Assembly: GCA_030167865.1 (NCBI GenBank)
Contig: JALAGF010001350.1
Location: forward strand, 1-49,064
Reading direction: 5' to 3'
Source of the DNA: Craspedostauros australis
Lineage: Eukaryota
Length of the DNA: 49,064 nucleotides
Under the pieces are notes generated by a model. It saw only the letters and a list, made by a program, of their open reading frames with translations. It was not told where the DNA came from and did no database searches. Of this stretch, positions 11,022 to 26,583 are shown piece after piece (within the stretch, counting starts at the first letter, position 1; the number at the start of each line of letters is the position of its first letter). The translations under genes were made by a program, and so were the position numbers.

Positions 11022-11818
11022 CCTGGTGTAATGTGGGGATGAGGATGGACACTACGAGCTATGATATGATATTGTCTGAGTATGACAGTTCCCTGGTTGG
11101 ATGGAACTCAATTGGTGAAGTAGTCGTATTGGTAATGGGCGAAGTGATGGATGAATGGAGCGATGGGCGGAACAATCGATGGTCCTGCTGCACTCACAAA
11201 ACTGTCACTCGGCCACACAACCACCTTGGTCGCAGCCGACTGGTCACACGAGAGATCCTCGGCGCGTATCGAATGGACGAATGGATCGATCGATCAATAC
11301 ATCAATCGGTGGACATGTGAGTACGAGTTGTCATGCGGGGAGCATGAATGCAAAGAAGTACCATCACCACCAACACAAACACAAACAACACCGACAACGC
11401 GCAGGGAACCGTTCTTTCCCTCCGCGACACATTGTTCCCATCCTTCGCCTCCCAATCTCCCAATCTCCCAAATCCAACTAACACACACACATGCGATGAA
11501 GATCGCCAGATCGGTCGGCTCCCTCACACGTTTGTTGTGTCGCCGCAATTGGTGGCGAATCCCGTTGCGCAACGTGACACACGAAAATAATGACCTCCAC
11601 AAAAGACCCGAAGTGAAGGTATCCAGAACTAGTCGTACTAATCTTAATGGTCAATTGAGTCTGTTGGGATCCATCAGGTCGTTTCAATTCAACACGTGAC
11701 AAAAGTTGAAAACGCGAACCAATGCGAGAAATCACGATTGCTTTCTTGTTCTCCACAAAACGCCCACAAAATCAAGGTTCACGACATCACCAAAGACAAA
11801 ACAACAGGAACGACAAAG

Positions 11819-12687
11819 ATGATGGCAATCACATCGCGAGCAAATGCTTGGATGATGTTGACCATGACGCTCATGGTTCTCTTCCTTTGCAATCACGTAA
11901 CGCATGCCAAGGGTTACGCCTTTCGTGGTCGCTGGCGCAGCGGTCGTGATTGGGGATGCTGCGGTCATTCGTCACCTGGATGGGGTGCCACTCCAAGCCG
12001 GCTGCGTTCGCGAGGTACGAGTCATCCATGCTGTGCTTGACGATGTACACTGTGCCTTCTCGATGGTGCTTCGCGCGGTGCATACTCTAAATCGAGTATC
12101 TGTGCTATGCTGTGATGTCCGAAATCACAATGCCCTCACATCTCCATTCATGTGCAACGTGCTCGAATGTACCATACCATACGTACAACGCCACATTCAC
12201 AGATTTGAATTCACAGTCCGCACCCAAGGACGGTCGCGACGATCGCAGCCGCGGCAGAGACAGTACCGCCACCAACCACAACGATCCGTTCTCCCGCTAC
12301 GTCACGCCTGTCCACAGCATCGATGAAAGCGATACCCAAGTCACGATCCGGATGGAAATCCCAGGCGTCAACATCAAGGATATCGATGTCGAAGTCAGCA
12401 ACAATCAGCGACGGTTGAATGTCCAGGGCTCTCGCAAAGCCCTGGCCTCTGATGACTACCACCTCAAATTCGATCAAGTCTTTGAGTTTGACACCGAAAT
12501 TGACGTGGATCAGATGAATGTCTCGTTGTCCGATGGTGTTCTGATGCTCGTGATTCGCAAACTTCCCAGCGTGCGTTCTCAAAAGATCAAGATTGATGTC
12601 AAGGAGAAGCAGGACAAGAGCAAGGAGGACGAAAAGACAACAAAGAAGAAGACGGGCAGGGGAAGGAGACCATGGGATAATGAGTAG
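11819..12687 (+). CDS. Small heat-shock protein (HSP20/alpha-crystallin) with predicted N-terminal signal peptide; exons 11819-12014 and 12203-12687
   Basis: Alpha-crystallin motifs MEIPGVNIKDIDVEV, LNVQGSR, LSDGVLMLVIRK and C-terminal I-x-I (IKI). Phase-1 intron 12015-12202 (GTACGA...ACAG) gives an in-frame join. Hydrophobic N-terminus. Confidence 0.85.
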
Positions 12688-12923
12688 AGTATGGTAGAGC
12701 GGAGTCATTGAATCGTTGACAAACGATGCAATTTATAGGTTAGCCAATAGACGGGCGCGGATGGTTCATCCACAGATACGATAGATCCCGTCATCAAGTT
12801 TCCATTGTTGTATGTTCTATCCTCTCCCACTCTGTTGCTGCCATGATCTCTACTCTACTAGAGTTGCTGTTCAAGCATTGCACTTCTTGCCACATCATCA
12901 TGTCTCGAGCGAGAGGATACGGA

Positions 12924-14495
12924 TTACTGCAACCACATGCGACGCTTCCATGCATTCCACATCATGCTGAGCTCGTGCTGCGATCCACCCGCGATGGAAC
13001 TGTTCTCCTGCGCACGGCGGATCAAGTACGGCATCACCTCGTCGATTTGACCATACGGCAAGTACTTGTAGACGCGATATCCACGGCTCGCCAACGGATA
13101 CGACAGGGTGTCACTCATCCCGTACAGTTGCGCGAAGGATATGAAGGAATTCGATGGATCCACGGAATCTTGCATTGCGTCCACGGCCAACGCGATACTT
13201 TCGGCATTGTGCGTGGCACACATGATTTCGATCTGACCATGCTCGATGCCTTCCTGCAGCAAGTACCGCACGTTGTGATTGTAGCAATCATGCGTGTCCT
13301 GGATGGAATCATGGATCAGCTCCGCGGGTTCCGTCTCCATGTACGCGCCGCGTACCAATTTCGCACCAAAGCTGTATCCTTCCCGCTTGGCGCGTTCCAC
13401 ATCCTGCTGGATGCGATGTGTCGCGTCCTTGAGGTAGCATTGGTACGTATTGTAGACGACGGGAAAGGCGCCCGCTGCATTGTGCTGACGTTGCAATAGC
13501 ATCACGATATGGTCGATCGCGGGTTGGTACTTGGATTGTTCGGCATCGATCAGAAGACGCACGCCGTTCTGTCGCGCGGTGTCTGCGACCTCGCCGGCAC
13601 GTTTCAGCACGGTTTGGAGGAGTTCCATTTCTGCTGATGACAGTTGTGGCTCTGCAAGCTGCGACGAGTGGTGCGAACCCGTCATGCTTGGACACGCGAC
13701 GGGATCGAGCTTGCCATCGACGCTGCGCTGCACAGAATCGGCTGCATCTTGAGATATGATCTGCTTCAAACCATCGCCGGTGACGTCGCGGCCATCGTTA
13801 CTCATCGCGTCAAATCGCCGCCGGCTCTCCACAATGGCCGTCGAGACCCTGGCCAACAATTGGGGATTGGCCAATGCCGTCATTTTGACAGCGACGTACC
13901 CCCCATCCTGATTATTCGCCGCAGCCCGCACACACTTTTGGAAATCCGGAACGCGCTCGTCGCATTGCCGCTCAATTTCGGGCAGAGACTGTGTGGAGCC
14001 GTCGCTCTCCACGGCGTAATCCAAGATGCCGCCAATCGAATGTTGCTGCAACCTGCGCAGGACGGGCTGGATGCTGTGCTCATCTTCGCCGGCACAAAAG
14101 TGGCCAAAGAACGTGCGACGCAGGACTTCGTTTGTGACGCGCCGACCCAGAATCGTCCGCGACACATGCAGCAGGACCTCGGCATTGCGCACCAGAAATG
14201 GGAATTGGCACAGTTGCAAACAGACGGCGGCGCGCAACCATTCGCCGGTAGATCGATGCGCGAGGAGGCTGGCATCAATGAAGTTGGGTGTGTCGTCGTG
14301 ATTGGGATGCTCGATGCTGGCGAATGGACGCTGGAACGTGGATAGCGACTGCGTGGTGGCGGCCGTTGCGCTGCGTGTGGACGATGCCATTGTATGGAGT
14401 GGACGCGAGCGTAGGTATCGTGATGGCCGTATTGCTGTTGACCTCGATGCCCCTATCGTTGCTCGTGTTGCAGCGCATGCGAACCTGCTGCTCAT
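12924..14495 (-). CDS. PRODH: Mitochondrial proline dehydrogenase (proline oxidase)
   Basis: ILDYAVE, AVKMTAL, LLIDAEQ, YNTYQCYLKD, GAKLVRGAY, ATHN, FAQLYGM, YKYLPYG...PYLIRRAQEN. An Arg/Ser/Thr-rich presequence follows ATG 14495; the upstream ATG at 14597 is less likely. Confidence 0.95.
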   Translation of the reverse strand: MSSRFACAATRATIGASRSTAIRPSRYLRSRPLHTMASSTRSATAATTQSLSTFQRPFASIEHPNHDDTPNFIDASLLAHRSTGEWLRAAVCLQLCQFPFLVRNAEVLLHVSRTILGRRVTNEVLRRTFFGHFCAGEDEHSIQPVLRRLQQHSIGGILDYAVESDGSTQSLPEIERQCDERVPDFQKCVRAAANNQDGGYVAVKMTALANPQLLARVSTAIVESRRRFDAMSNDGRDVTGDGLKQIISQDAADSVQRSVDGKLDPVACPSMTGSHHSSQLAEPQLSSAEMELLQTVLKRAGEVADTARQNGVRLLIDAEQSKYQPAIDHIVMLLQRQHNAAGAFPVVYNTYQCYLKDATHRIQQDVERAKREGYSFGAKLVRGAYMETEPAELIHDSIQDTHDCYNHNVRYLLQEGIEHGQIEIMCATHNAESIALAVDAMQDSVDPSNSFISFAQLYGMSDTLSYPLASRGYRVYKYLPYGQIDEVMPYLIRRAQENSSIAGGSQHELSMMWNAWKRRMWLQ

Positions 14496-15474
14496 GGTGA
14501 TGTGTGATGTGATGTAGCGTGATGTGCAATGGCAAACTGTTCGCGTTGCTTTGTGTGCAAGCATGTGATTATGATGCGACGTGATGTGATGCTTCACAAA
14601 TTATGAGAAGAAAGATGGGAATGAATGGAATGAGGAACAGCAAGACGGAGGTGAGAAGCGGAAGGGAACTGGTGGGAATGCGGAGAGATGCATGGAAGGC
14701 AGAGAGGGCATGTGGGAAGCAGACACAGATAGAGCATGAGGCTGGCCACGATTGGTCCCCTCTTGACGCCTTGCTTCAACGGATGGAGACGTGTTGGAAG
14801 GAACATCGCTGATTCCAGTTGTCATCTTTGAGAACTTCTCGTCGCCACCTTCCGCACACACTTTGTGTGTGATGGTTTGTGTCGTTGCATTGCCTCTCAG
14901 GTTGTCTTGTGTCGTGTGCAAGTGTGCCGCCTGGTGTGCATGTTTGCGCACCCACGAAGCAGAACGGAGAAGAAGCAGAAGACAACGGAGTGTGGAACAC
15001 AAGAAGAGAGAGAAAGAGGGAGCCGGAAACGGAAGGAAAGATTGCGTGCGATAAGCCATTTTGATTGGTGAAGAAAAGGTATCTGTACGATTCAACCGAC
15101 CAAATAGTTTTAGCAAATGTCAAAGACAGAGACAAACGGCTGACTCACAGACGACAGAAAAGCTCAGATGGCCATGTGCTGACGTCACATCGAAATCTTG
15201 TGACAAGTGACGTGTCAACCGCACAAACGCAACGCATTGACACGACGACCATGGCGGTGATGACGATTGCGTCGTTGTTTCCTTGGTCGATGTCCTCTTT
15301 GTTGCGTTGTTGTGGTCGTTGAAGCTGCTGATGATCGTGCCGCTGTGCGCCTGTCCGTGCGGTTCTGTCTGCGTTGCGACCAATCCCATCTTCAGGACCA
15401 CCTTCTCGGACGCCATCATGTGCGCATAACACCAAGCAAGCAAGCAACGTCGAGCACCCCACTTGTATCCCACC

Positions 15475-16401
15475 ATGATGTTCACCAAAGCCACCGCCGC
15501 CCTCGTCGTCGCTGCCGTCGCAGCACCATGCGCCAGCGCCTTCGTCGCCCAGCCAAAGGCCTCCACCAGCACCGCTCTTGACATGAGCTTCGGCAAGAAC
15601 GTGCAGACGGCTGCCGTCTCCTTCGCCGCCGCCGCATTCCTCATGGTCAACACCGTCGACGTCGCCCCAGCCAACGCTGTTTCGGATGACTTCTTCGGCT
15701 CGACCGAGATCCTCGCTGCCCGCAGCGGTGGACGTGCCGGTGGACGCTCCTCCTCCGTCTCCTCGCGCCCCTCCGCTTCCGCACGATCCTCGTCGTCGTC
15801 CTCCACCAACACGCGCGTCATCGAGCGCACCACCGTCGTGCAGCAGGCACCAACCGTCGTGGCCGCACCACCGGTCATCATGGCCGCTCCATCGTACGGA
15901 TACAACCCAATGCCAGGTCTTGGTAAGTCATGTGTTAGCATGTGCACGTATGTATAGTGCATTTGCTGGCATGTTGGCATACATGGTGTTTATTGTATTA
16001 GTGTGTGTGAAGTAAACATGACGTGGACATGGCTTGGTCATTGATTGGTCATCGATTGGCAACTGCCCCCTTTCTCACATCATTCATCCCTTCATTCTCC
16101 ACGTACGCCACCCATCACTTCAATGACGCAATCCATCAACACAACCAATCCACCAACACGAACAGGCCTCAGCCTCGGCCTCAACGCCGTCAGCCAGATC
16201 GGCAATGACATGCGCGATGCTCGTCAGCAATCCGAGATCCGCCAAACCCAGAGCGAGCTCATGCAGTCCAAGGCCAAGGAGGCAGAGCTCTCCGCGCGTC
16301 TCTCCTCCCTCGAATCCAATCAGCAATTCGCCCAGCAGCAGCAGTACGCCATGCAGCAGGCGCAGCTGGCAGCCGCCCAGCAGGCCGCTCTCGCCAAGTA
16401 A
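15475..16401 (+). CDS. Plastid-targeted (possibly thylakoid) protein of unknown function; exons 15475-15922 and 16166-16401
   Basis: Signal peptide ending CASA|FVAQP (ASAFAP-type), a second hydrophobic stretch ending in ANA, an ARSGGRAGGR motif and a C-terminal coiled coil. Phase-1 intron GTAAGT...ACAG. Strong C-ending codon bias. Confidence 0.85.
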
Positions 16402-17299
16402 GCGACAACTATACTTCTCTCGTTTGTTCAAGCCCATTTGACAGTGCAATAGATAACTGCTCTTGCTGGTCGGTCCATAATTTTATCATTTTCCACCTTC
16501 CTTTCAATGGCGTCTGTTAACCATTAGCACGTGTGTGTGTGTGAAGCGACCGTGGCAGAATGCTGAGTAGAGCCGAACCATGCGCCAAAGAGGCAACGTC
16601 TTCGGCAAGCACGTTCGTCCCATAACTGAAGATCAATGGAAACACTCGGGAACATTGAAGTGCAGGTCGTACTGGAGCGGAGATGTATGTATTCCACCCA
16701 CACCATGGCGACTTTGAAACGCAAATGTATGACTAGCTATGAGTTAAGTGTGCGTTTTCTAACAAATAGATGACTGAAATGTGAGGGGTTGTTGTTGATG
16801 TTGTTTTTCTTGGCACATGGTTTTGTTGGAGTGCATTTCCAGAGGACGGCGAGGCAGCGACGCATGGATGGAAGGCGAGGAACCTGCGAGAGGTGAAGAT
16901 GGCAGCATCAGTTGTAGTAAAACTACTCCTTCTCCTGTCATCAGAACCGTTGCTGATCTTTCTTTCCACCATCGTATTGGTACTGCGGTGTCCGAGCCCT
17001 GGTCTGCACGGATTGGCTTGGTATCGCGCTGAGGATAAGCGTCTTGGTTGTTTGGTTTCGTTTCGTGCGCAAATGGCATCGTTTCAGTTCTCGTTGCTTT
17101 GCTTGTCTCTGTTTGGGTTCAACTCCCATCAGCTCAACTGAAAATGGAGTGAGCTGGAGTGAATCCAGGACAAGCATCTCATCCCGCAAAGGACGGATCA
17201 AAATCATGAAAACGACACGCTTCGCTAGCACTCATCGATTCGAGTCACCATGAACTACTGATCTCCTCGTCCGCGCTTCGGTGTGGCGCGACTGCACGT

Positions 17300-20378
<3,079 letters not shown>

Positions 20379-23300
20379 ATGGCAGTGGCAACAGCGATAG
20401 CACCTGCGCGTGATGCAGTCAGTGATGCTTCCAATGATGCCAACAATGATGCCATCAATGATCCCGCGACGGATACTGTCAATGATGTGAACATCAAGGT
20501 CTCAGAACAGCTCCTGTTTGCGGAACTCCAGGACGTGCGAGACAAGATTTGTCTGCTGTCAACGAACGATACGAGTACGACGGCGGCGTCGCTTTCCAAA
20601 GCCCAACGCAGTCAAACTGTCCATCAGCTGAAGCAAATCCTCGACAAGTACCTGGCATATCCCACTCTGCTGGACAGGAGTGTGGAGTCCATCGTGCAGC
20701 AGATCTCCACGGCTTGCATTCAATGTCTGGAAGCTGTGCAGGAATGGAACCGGGAGACAGTGGAGTCTGGTGCCCTGCCGTACCTGCTGTCCGTTCTTTA
20801 CGCCCTCTGCAAGGTGCGAGGTCGCAAGCGGATCCAGAACTTTCTGTCTCATGAGGTTGGTCATCTCGAAGTTGTGTGGCGAGCGCTGTGTGCGATTGGT
20901 TCTGTTTCCGACGATCGTGGGATGGGATCAGATCAGCCACTTGCACAACCACACTCGCCATCACAAACGCAACAGCAGTTGAGTGCATCCAACGCGACTT
21001 CCAGTGATTCCTTTCCTCAGCACCCACCAGCGACTGCTGCTCCGGATCGGTGGGAATCCGTCTACAGCCTCTGGACCTGGATGGGAACGTTCAGTCTGGT
21101 CCCCTTTGATTCGAAGGTCGTCGTTGGCGATGGTGTCATTCACAAGCTCGTTGACCTGGGCATGCAACATCTGCAAGATGCTGGCCCGACGCGTGACATT
21201 GCCAGTTCTTCGTTGGCGTCCTGGTTAGCACGTCCCGATCTGCAGCGTGACGAGCTGGAACGATTCGTCACTTGGTCGCGTGAAGCACTGGTGGAGTTCT
21301 CGCGGACGAAGCGTCACATCTTCCGATGCATGGGCGTACTGCAGACCATTGTGGCATTCATGAAGGTGTCCAAGAGCGACCGACAGGATGTGCTGCGCGT
21401 TGCAAGTTCCTACTGGCAACCCATGAATGCCATCGCGGAATCAAACCCATCGAATCAGATCCTGCGCCGGTTGCTCGTCAAGTACTGGACCAGAACGGCC
21501 ACCTTGCACATGCCGCCGAGGTTGGTCGTCTGGCGGTATCAACGCGGCCGCCGTTCCCTCAAGAACAATCTGCGCAAGGCACAGCGCAATTCAACCACCA
21601 CGAATGCCACACAGCGTACACAGAAGCCACCCAAACAGCATGCTGCAAACGACACCAGCGACAACCTCTTGTTCGAAGTTCCCAGTGAAGTCGAAGACGT
21701 CATGGGTAGAATCCTCGAGTGCTTGCAAGATCCTTCCACATCTGTGCGATGGTCCGCGGCCAAGGGCGTCGGCAGGATCACAGAACGCCTTCCCGCCGTC
21801 TGCGCTGACGATGTTCTGGATGCCATCGTCGATCTCTTCGAGGACATCGAAAAGGACCATGCCTGGCACGGGGCTTGCCTGGCGCTGGCCGAGCTCGCGC
21901 GGCGCGGTCTGCTGCTGCCGCAACGGTTGGATGACGTTCTCCCCAAGGTCGTCGATGCCATGCAGTACGATCTACCGCGACGCCAGACAAGTGTCGGGAG
22001 CCACGTGCGCGACGCGGCGTGCTACACCTACTGGGCCTGCGCACGCGCCTACGATCCGTCCATACTGAAACCCTTCATCCCTGACATGAGCCGTTCCATC
22101 GTGGAGACCAGCTTGCTCGACCGCGAAGTCAACTGCCGGCGTGCGGCCAGCGCAGCCTTCCAGGAGATGGTGGGACGGCAGGGTGCGGACAACTTCAAGA
22201 ACGGTTTGGACATCCTGACATTGGCGGATTACTTCTCGCTCGGCAATCGCAAGAATGCCTACACCGCGATCTGCTGGAAGGTCGCTGAGTTTGCAGAATA
22301 CCGCCATCCTCTCACCGACAATCTGTGTCGCAAGAAGTTGAAGCATTGGGATGAGAACATCCGTAAGCTCGCCGCGACGTCGTTGGGAGGGTTGGTCCAG
22401 CTGGACCCTGCCTACTTTGCCAGCAACGTCATCCCCTACCTATTGGAAACCAGCGTAGACCCCAAATCTGTCATCTCGCGCCACGGCGCTGTCATTGGTC
22501 TTGCCGAAGTCATTTTGGGGTATGCGCGGAACGTCCCGCACTATCGCGATCATCTCTCCGATGCCACGCTGAAGGAGATTACCGACTTGGTGCCGACCAT
22601 CGAGAAGAGGCGCCTCTACAGAGGTAAGGGTGGGGAGATGATGCGATCGGCCGTCTGCCGACTCATTGAGTGTACTGCGACGGCAGAACTATCACTGACG
22701 GTGCCGCAGCAGGTCAAGCTGTTGGACACCATCGATGCCTGCATCCCGCATCCATCCGACGTGATCCAGAAGCAAGCTTGCGCCGGTCTTGGCAAGCTCA
22801 TGTCCACGTACTTCCAAGTTGGTCCAAAAGGACCGTCAGATCGACTGCAAAAACGAGTTGTCGACAAGTACGTCAAGCAAGTACGGACAAACACCAATCC
22901 AGCGGCAACACGTGGTTTCTCAATGGCGCTCGGATACTTGCCAGCCAAGCTGCTGGCACCGTCCGAGAAGGTCCTGGACACAGTGCTGGCAACGCTATGC
23001 CGCTTCGCCAAACCCAACGCGACGGTCGGCAACGAGAAGGATGCTGAGACACGGCGCAACTCAGTGCAAGCGCTCGTTAGAGTTTGCAACACCGTCGGGA
23101 TCAACGGGCAGGCACAAGCATATCCACTCAGTCATCTCCAAAGCAAGCAGATCGGTCATGTCTGGAACACGCTGCTTGCGGCGCTCGCGGATTACAACAT
23201 GGACCGACGCGGCGATGTTGGCTCGTGGTCGCGCATCGCTGCCATGGAGGGATTGGTATCCTTCGCGTCTCTCATTCAGCGTGATTGTGGAGCTTCCAAC

Positions 23301-24194
23301 GAGTATTTGAACCAAGAGAGAGTCCTCAAAATTCTATCCGGCCTGTTCCATCAATTCACAGGCAAGCTGGATGCGGTACGCGGCACCGCGGGCGAATGCT
23401 TGCAACGAGTAGTCAGGATGAAGGATCCGAGCTTTCCACATCTCCCCGACGCAGCTCTCCTGCAAGAGTTGTTCAACGCAGACGCAGGCGCAGACACGGA
23501 TACGGACGATGTGACACAGAACTGGTCCAGCCCATGCGTCGCCTTTCCAGTCGCGATGAAGGCAGCTTCCATCGATGCATTGTTCCATTCGATTGTTTCA
23601 GGCCTGATTATGAGTGCTGGTGGTTTGACGGAGAGCATATCGAAGGAGGCAATGCGAAATCTGATTCAATGGATCAAGGCGACGCAGGCCCTCGATCGTT
23701 TGAACATGTTGGGTGATTCGTTTCTTCGACACTTTGCAGAGCACAAGCACCAGGGGCATTTCATCAATCCGCTGCTGAAAACCATCCATCTGCTCATGGA
23801 CAAGATGTGCATGAATCGGTTGCTGGAAAGTACCGACTTCGCGCAGCGCCTATTGGCTCAATTGGAAGTGGAGGTGCAGAACTGCACGGACGTTACGCGC
23901 ATACTATCAATCAGCGATGTTGCGCTGGGGCTGCTGGCCGCGGAAGATCGAGATGCAACGTTACGGTTCGTTGTGGACGTGCTGAAACATCAATTCCCGC
24001 GCGTGCGTCGGTACATGGCGGAGCAACTGTACGTGCGGTTGCTGGAGATTCCTGATCTTGGGCGCGATGACGATGCGCAGATGGAGGCATCGGAGTACCT
24101 GCTATCGACCTGTTGGGATGCCGAGATGAACGAAGACGAATGTGAGCGGATGGCTGAACAGGTGACCACGTTGTTGAAGGATGGATCAAGCTGA
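20379..24194 (+). CDS. TBCD: Tubulin-specific chaperone D (tubulin folding cofactor D), intronless
   Basis: YALCKVRGRK, VRWSAAKGVGRIT, AWHGACLALAELARRG, HVRDAACY, LLDREVNCRRAASAAFQEMVGRQG, DYNMDRRGDVGSWSR, GGLTES. Confidence 0.96.
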   Translation: MAVATAIAPARDAVSDASNDANNDAINDPATDTVNDVNIKVSEQLLFAELQDVRDKICLLSTNDTSTTAASLSKAQRSQTVHQLKQILDKYLAYPTLLDRSVESIVQQISTACIQCLEAVQEWNRETVESGALPYLLSVLYALCKVRGRKRIQNFLSHEVGHLEVVWRALCAIGSVSDDRGMGSDQPLAQPHSPSQTQQQLSASNATSSDSFPQHPPATAAPDRWESVYSLWTWMGTFSLVPFDSKVVVGDGVIHKLVDLGMQHLQDAGPTRDIASSSLASWLARPDLQRDELERFVTWSREALVEFSRTKRHIFRCMGVLQTIVAFMKVSKSDRQDVLRVASSYWQPMNAIAESNPSNQILRRLLVKYWTRTATLHMPPRLVVWRYQRGRRSLKNNLRKAQRNSTTTNATQRTQKPPKQHAANDTSDNLLFEVPSEVEDVMGRILECLQDPSTSVRWSAAKGVGRITERLPAVCADDVLDAIVDLFEDIEKDHAWHGACLALAELARRGLLLPQRLDDVLPKVVDAMQYDLPRRQTSVGSHVRDAACYTYWACARAYDPSILKPFIPDMSRSIVETSLLDREVNCRRAASAAFQEMVGRQGADNFKNGLDILTLADYFSLGNRKNAYTAICWKVAEFAEYRHPLTDNLCRKKLKHWDENIRKLAATSLGGLVQLDPAYFASNVIPYLLETSVDPKSVISRHGAVIGLAEVILGYARNVPHYRDHLSDATLKEITDLVPTIEKRRLYRGKGGEMMRSAVCRLIECTATAELSLTVPQQVKLLDTIDACIPHPSDVIQKQACAGLGKLMSTYFQVGPKGPSDRLQKRVVDKYVKQVRTNTNPAATRGFSMALGYLPAKLLAPSEKVLDTVLATLCRFAKPNATVGNEKDAETRRNSVQALVRVCNTVGINGQAQAYPLSHLQSKQIGHVWNTLLAALADYNMDRRGDVGSWSRIAAMEGLVSFASLIQRDCGASNEYLNQERVLKILSGLFHQFTGKLDAVRGTAGECLQRVVRMKDPSFPHLPDAALLQELFNADAGADTDTDDVTQNWSSPCVAFPVAMKAASIDALFHSIVSGLIMSAGGLTESISKEAMRNLIQWIKATQALDRLNMLGDSFLRHFAEHKHQGHFINPLLKTIHLLMDKMCMNRLLESTDFAQRLLAQLEVEVQNCTDVTRILSISDVALGLLAAEDRDATLRFVVDVLKHQFPRVRRYMAEQLYVRLLEIPDLGRDDDAQMEASEYLLSTCWDAEMNEDECERMAEQVTTLLKDGSS

Positions 24195-24490
24195 ATAAGA
24201 CGAGCATTGCAGGGCGCTCGTCGTCATGACTTGGTGAGTGTCGAGCGTGATGCATGTACTATCTTCATGTAATATGAAAGGGATGAAGAGTTACATTTTT
24301 ATTTCGATACACTGCAACATCTAACGTAGTAGACTATGGTAGAGCAGATACATACACCTCTACCCAAATCTTCACTTCGATACACACGAGTACTCGCAAG
24401 AGGATGGGACCTCATTTTCACATGCAAAATGCCATTCCCCTGCTTTGTCGGCCCCTCTGTTCTTGTGACAACGAACCCCTGCTCGCACAA

Positions 24491-26583
24491 TCACACGGCA
24501 CTCTCTGTCGGATGCTTGTCGGGAGTCACGGTGCCGTCCTCGTTGCCCTCGTTGGTGACATCCAGCTTACGCGCGGTGGTTCCAGCGACCTCATCGTCGT
24601 CCTTTCTGGGATTGATTTTGATGGGGCTCGTCTGTGGCGCCACACCTGATGGGCTGCCGGACGGTGGCATGTGCGCAGGCTGGGAATACCATGGATATCC
24701 ATACGACGGCGGATAGGAATAGCCAGCGTAGGCACCGTGTGGCGGTGATTGGGGGTGGTGCATGGACTGCGGCATTGAGCCTTGCTGTGCTGCCGTGTAG
24801 GGCGATCCGCCATATGGTGGATACACGGGCGGGTACATGTATCCGTTCGAGCTGTACGGCGATGTTGCCGGAATGGGTGGTTGGGGGTACGGCGTGCCTG
24901 GTGTGATCGGCGGGTATGCGTAAAAGCTGTACGAAGAAGAAAAATAAAGAGGAGAGGATTTCAGAAGAGCGAGAAGAATCGTGAGCTTGGTATCAGAGAG
25001 GAGGATTGTCGCAGGTTGAACAGCACTGAGAGTATGGGTGGCGCACATCATTGCTGATGCACACCGTACTCGTATTTACGGGATACTGCTACGTACTTTG
25101 GTTCCGTGTCGGGGTCTCTCTTTAGTTTCTGATTCCCCTTCACTTTGGTGCGTTTCATGTTGACGCACAATCCTGGTCGTCCCTTGAGGAACAGCTCATG
25201 ATAGTAGCCTGTGTGAGGAGGAGTGACAATGGATGGCAAGGTTGAGTGTGAGAGTATCTAAATGTATACAGTGCAACACATTGCGCGGCATCATGCGAAC
25301 GATGGTGTCTTGTTTTTTCTTTTGCGATGAGACGGTGAGGTGACTAAAGCAGAGCTTGAGAATGTCAGCTTCCACATAATCACGATGACAGCGACAGCAA
25401 CAGCCATGATGGCAGCAACGTACCTCCATTATCTGGCCCTTGTGATATTCTTCGGAACCCGTAGAGATTGAGCTGACGTTGGAAGCTGGTGAGCTTGCTT
25501 TGTCGGAAGAACTTGCTCATGACCTCTGTGACGAAGCGTCTTGGCTTGTGGATCGCGAAGGCTCGACCATGCGAAAAGAAGGAAACGACGTCCGTCATAC
25601 CGTCGCGCTCCGTGCACTCCAGCATTCGGTGCAGTTTTTGTGGGAACGGTTCTGCGGATACAGAAATGTATGGATGAAAAAGATAGTTTGGTATGTGAGT
25701 GAGTGAGTGAGTGAGTGTCAGTGTGTCGATGCAACATTTGAAAGCAATGCAGGATTGGGCAAGTTTGTCACTGATCAATGGACGTACCTGTGACTCCTCC
25801 ACGGTTTCGTTGATCATCCTCCGGCGGATCGGCGTGGTACGAGGCATCCTTGTAGTGGTACGGATTCGTCTGTCCTGTCATGAGGCAGTCAGGTGGCGAT
25901 GTGGTCGGCGGAGGCACCCCTGTGTGTGACGGCATGTAGCCTGGCATGGGGGGATAGTAGGGATACGGCGAATACGCGTAGGGCTGCGTCGGTGTTTGGG
26001 GTGTAGCAGGGATGGTCTCCGGCGTCTCCTTTGGTTGTTCCTGCTCCGGGTAGACCGACTTTTGTTGTTGTGCTGCCTGTGGCTGCGTTTGCGTTTGCTC
26101 TTGCATCTGCGGCCGTGTTTGGGGATGTTCTGGTTGCTGCTCCATGTCTTGTTCGTGCTGCTCTTGTTGGACAACATCATGAGGCTGAGTCTGGGGCATC
26201 TCATCTTCATTGGCGGCTTCGGTTTCGTTCGGTTTGAATTCTGCGAGAGGCAACTCTGCGGTTTCATCGAGCTTGGCTTCCGTGTTTGGGGGAAGCGCCA
26301 CGACGGTCACCATCGATTCTGTCGCAACAGCCTCCGATTGTCCTTGTTCATCAGGCAGGAGCATCGGTTGCGTATCGAGACTGACTTCGTCATTGACGTT
26401 CGCGCTGATGTCGATGTAAGTGGTGTTGGTGTCGTTGAGACTACCAGCAGCTCCAGTTCCAGCAACGGTACCAGCGACAACGACAGTCTCCGCGGCAGCA
26501 ACATCGCCGTTGGGCTCCATGACGTCTTCGACGTTCTTCAGGTCGTCGCTTTGATCGATGTCAACAGTGTTGGCGTTGCCCAT
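24491..26583 (-). CDS. Heat-shock transcription factor (HSF-type DNA-binding); exons 26583-25788, 25651-25424, 25208-25097 and 24926-24491
   Basis: RGGVT|EPFPQKLH, HGRAFAIHKP, SFQRQLNLYGFRRI, G|GYYHELFLKGRP, EP|NFY. All three introns begin GTACGT, end CAG and restore frame. The start codon is tentative. Confidence 0.93.
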
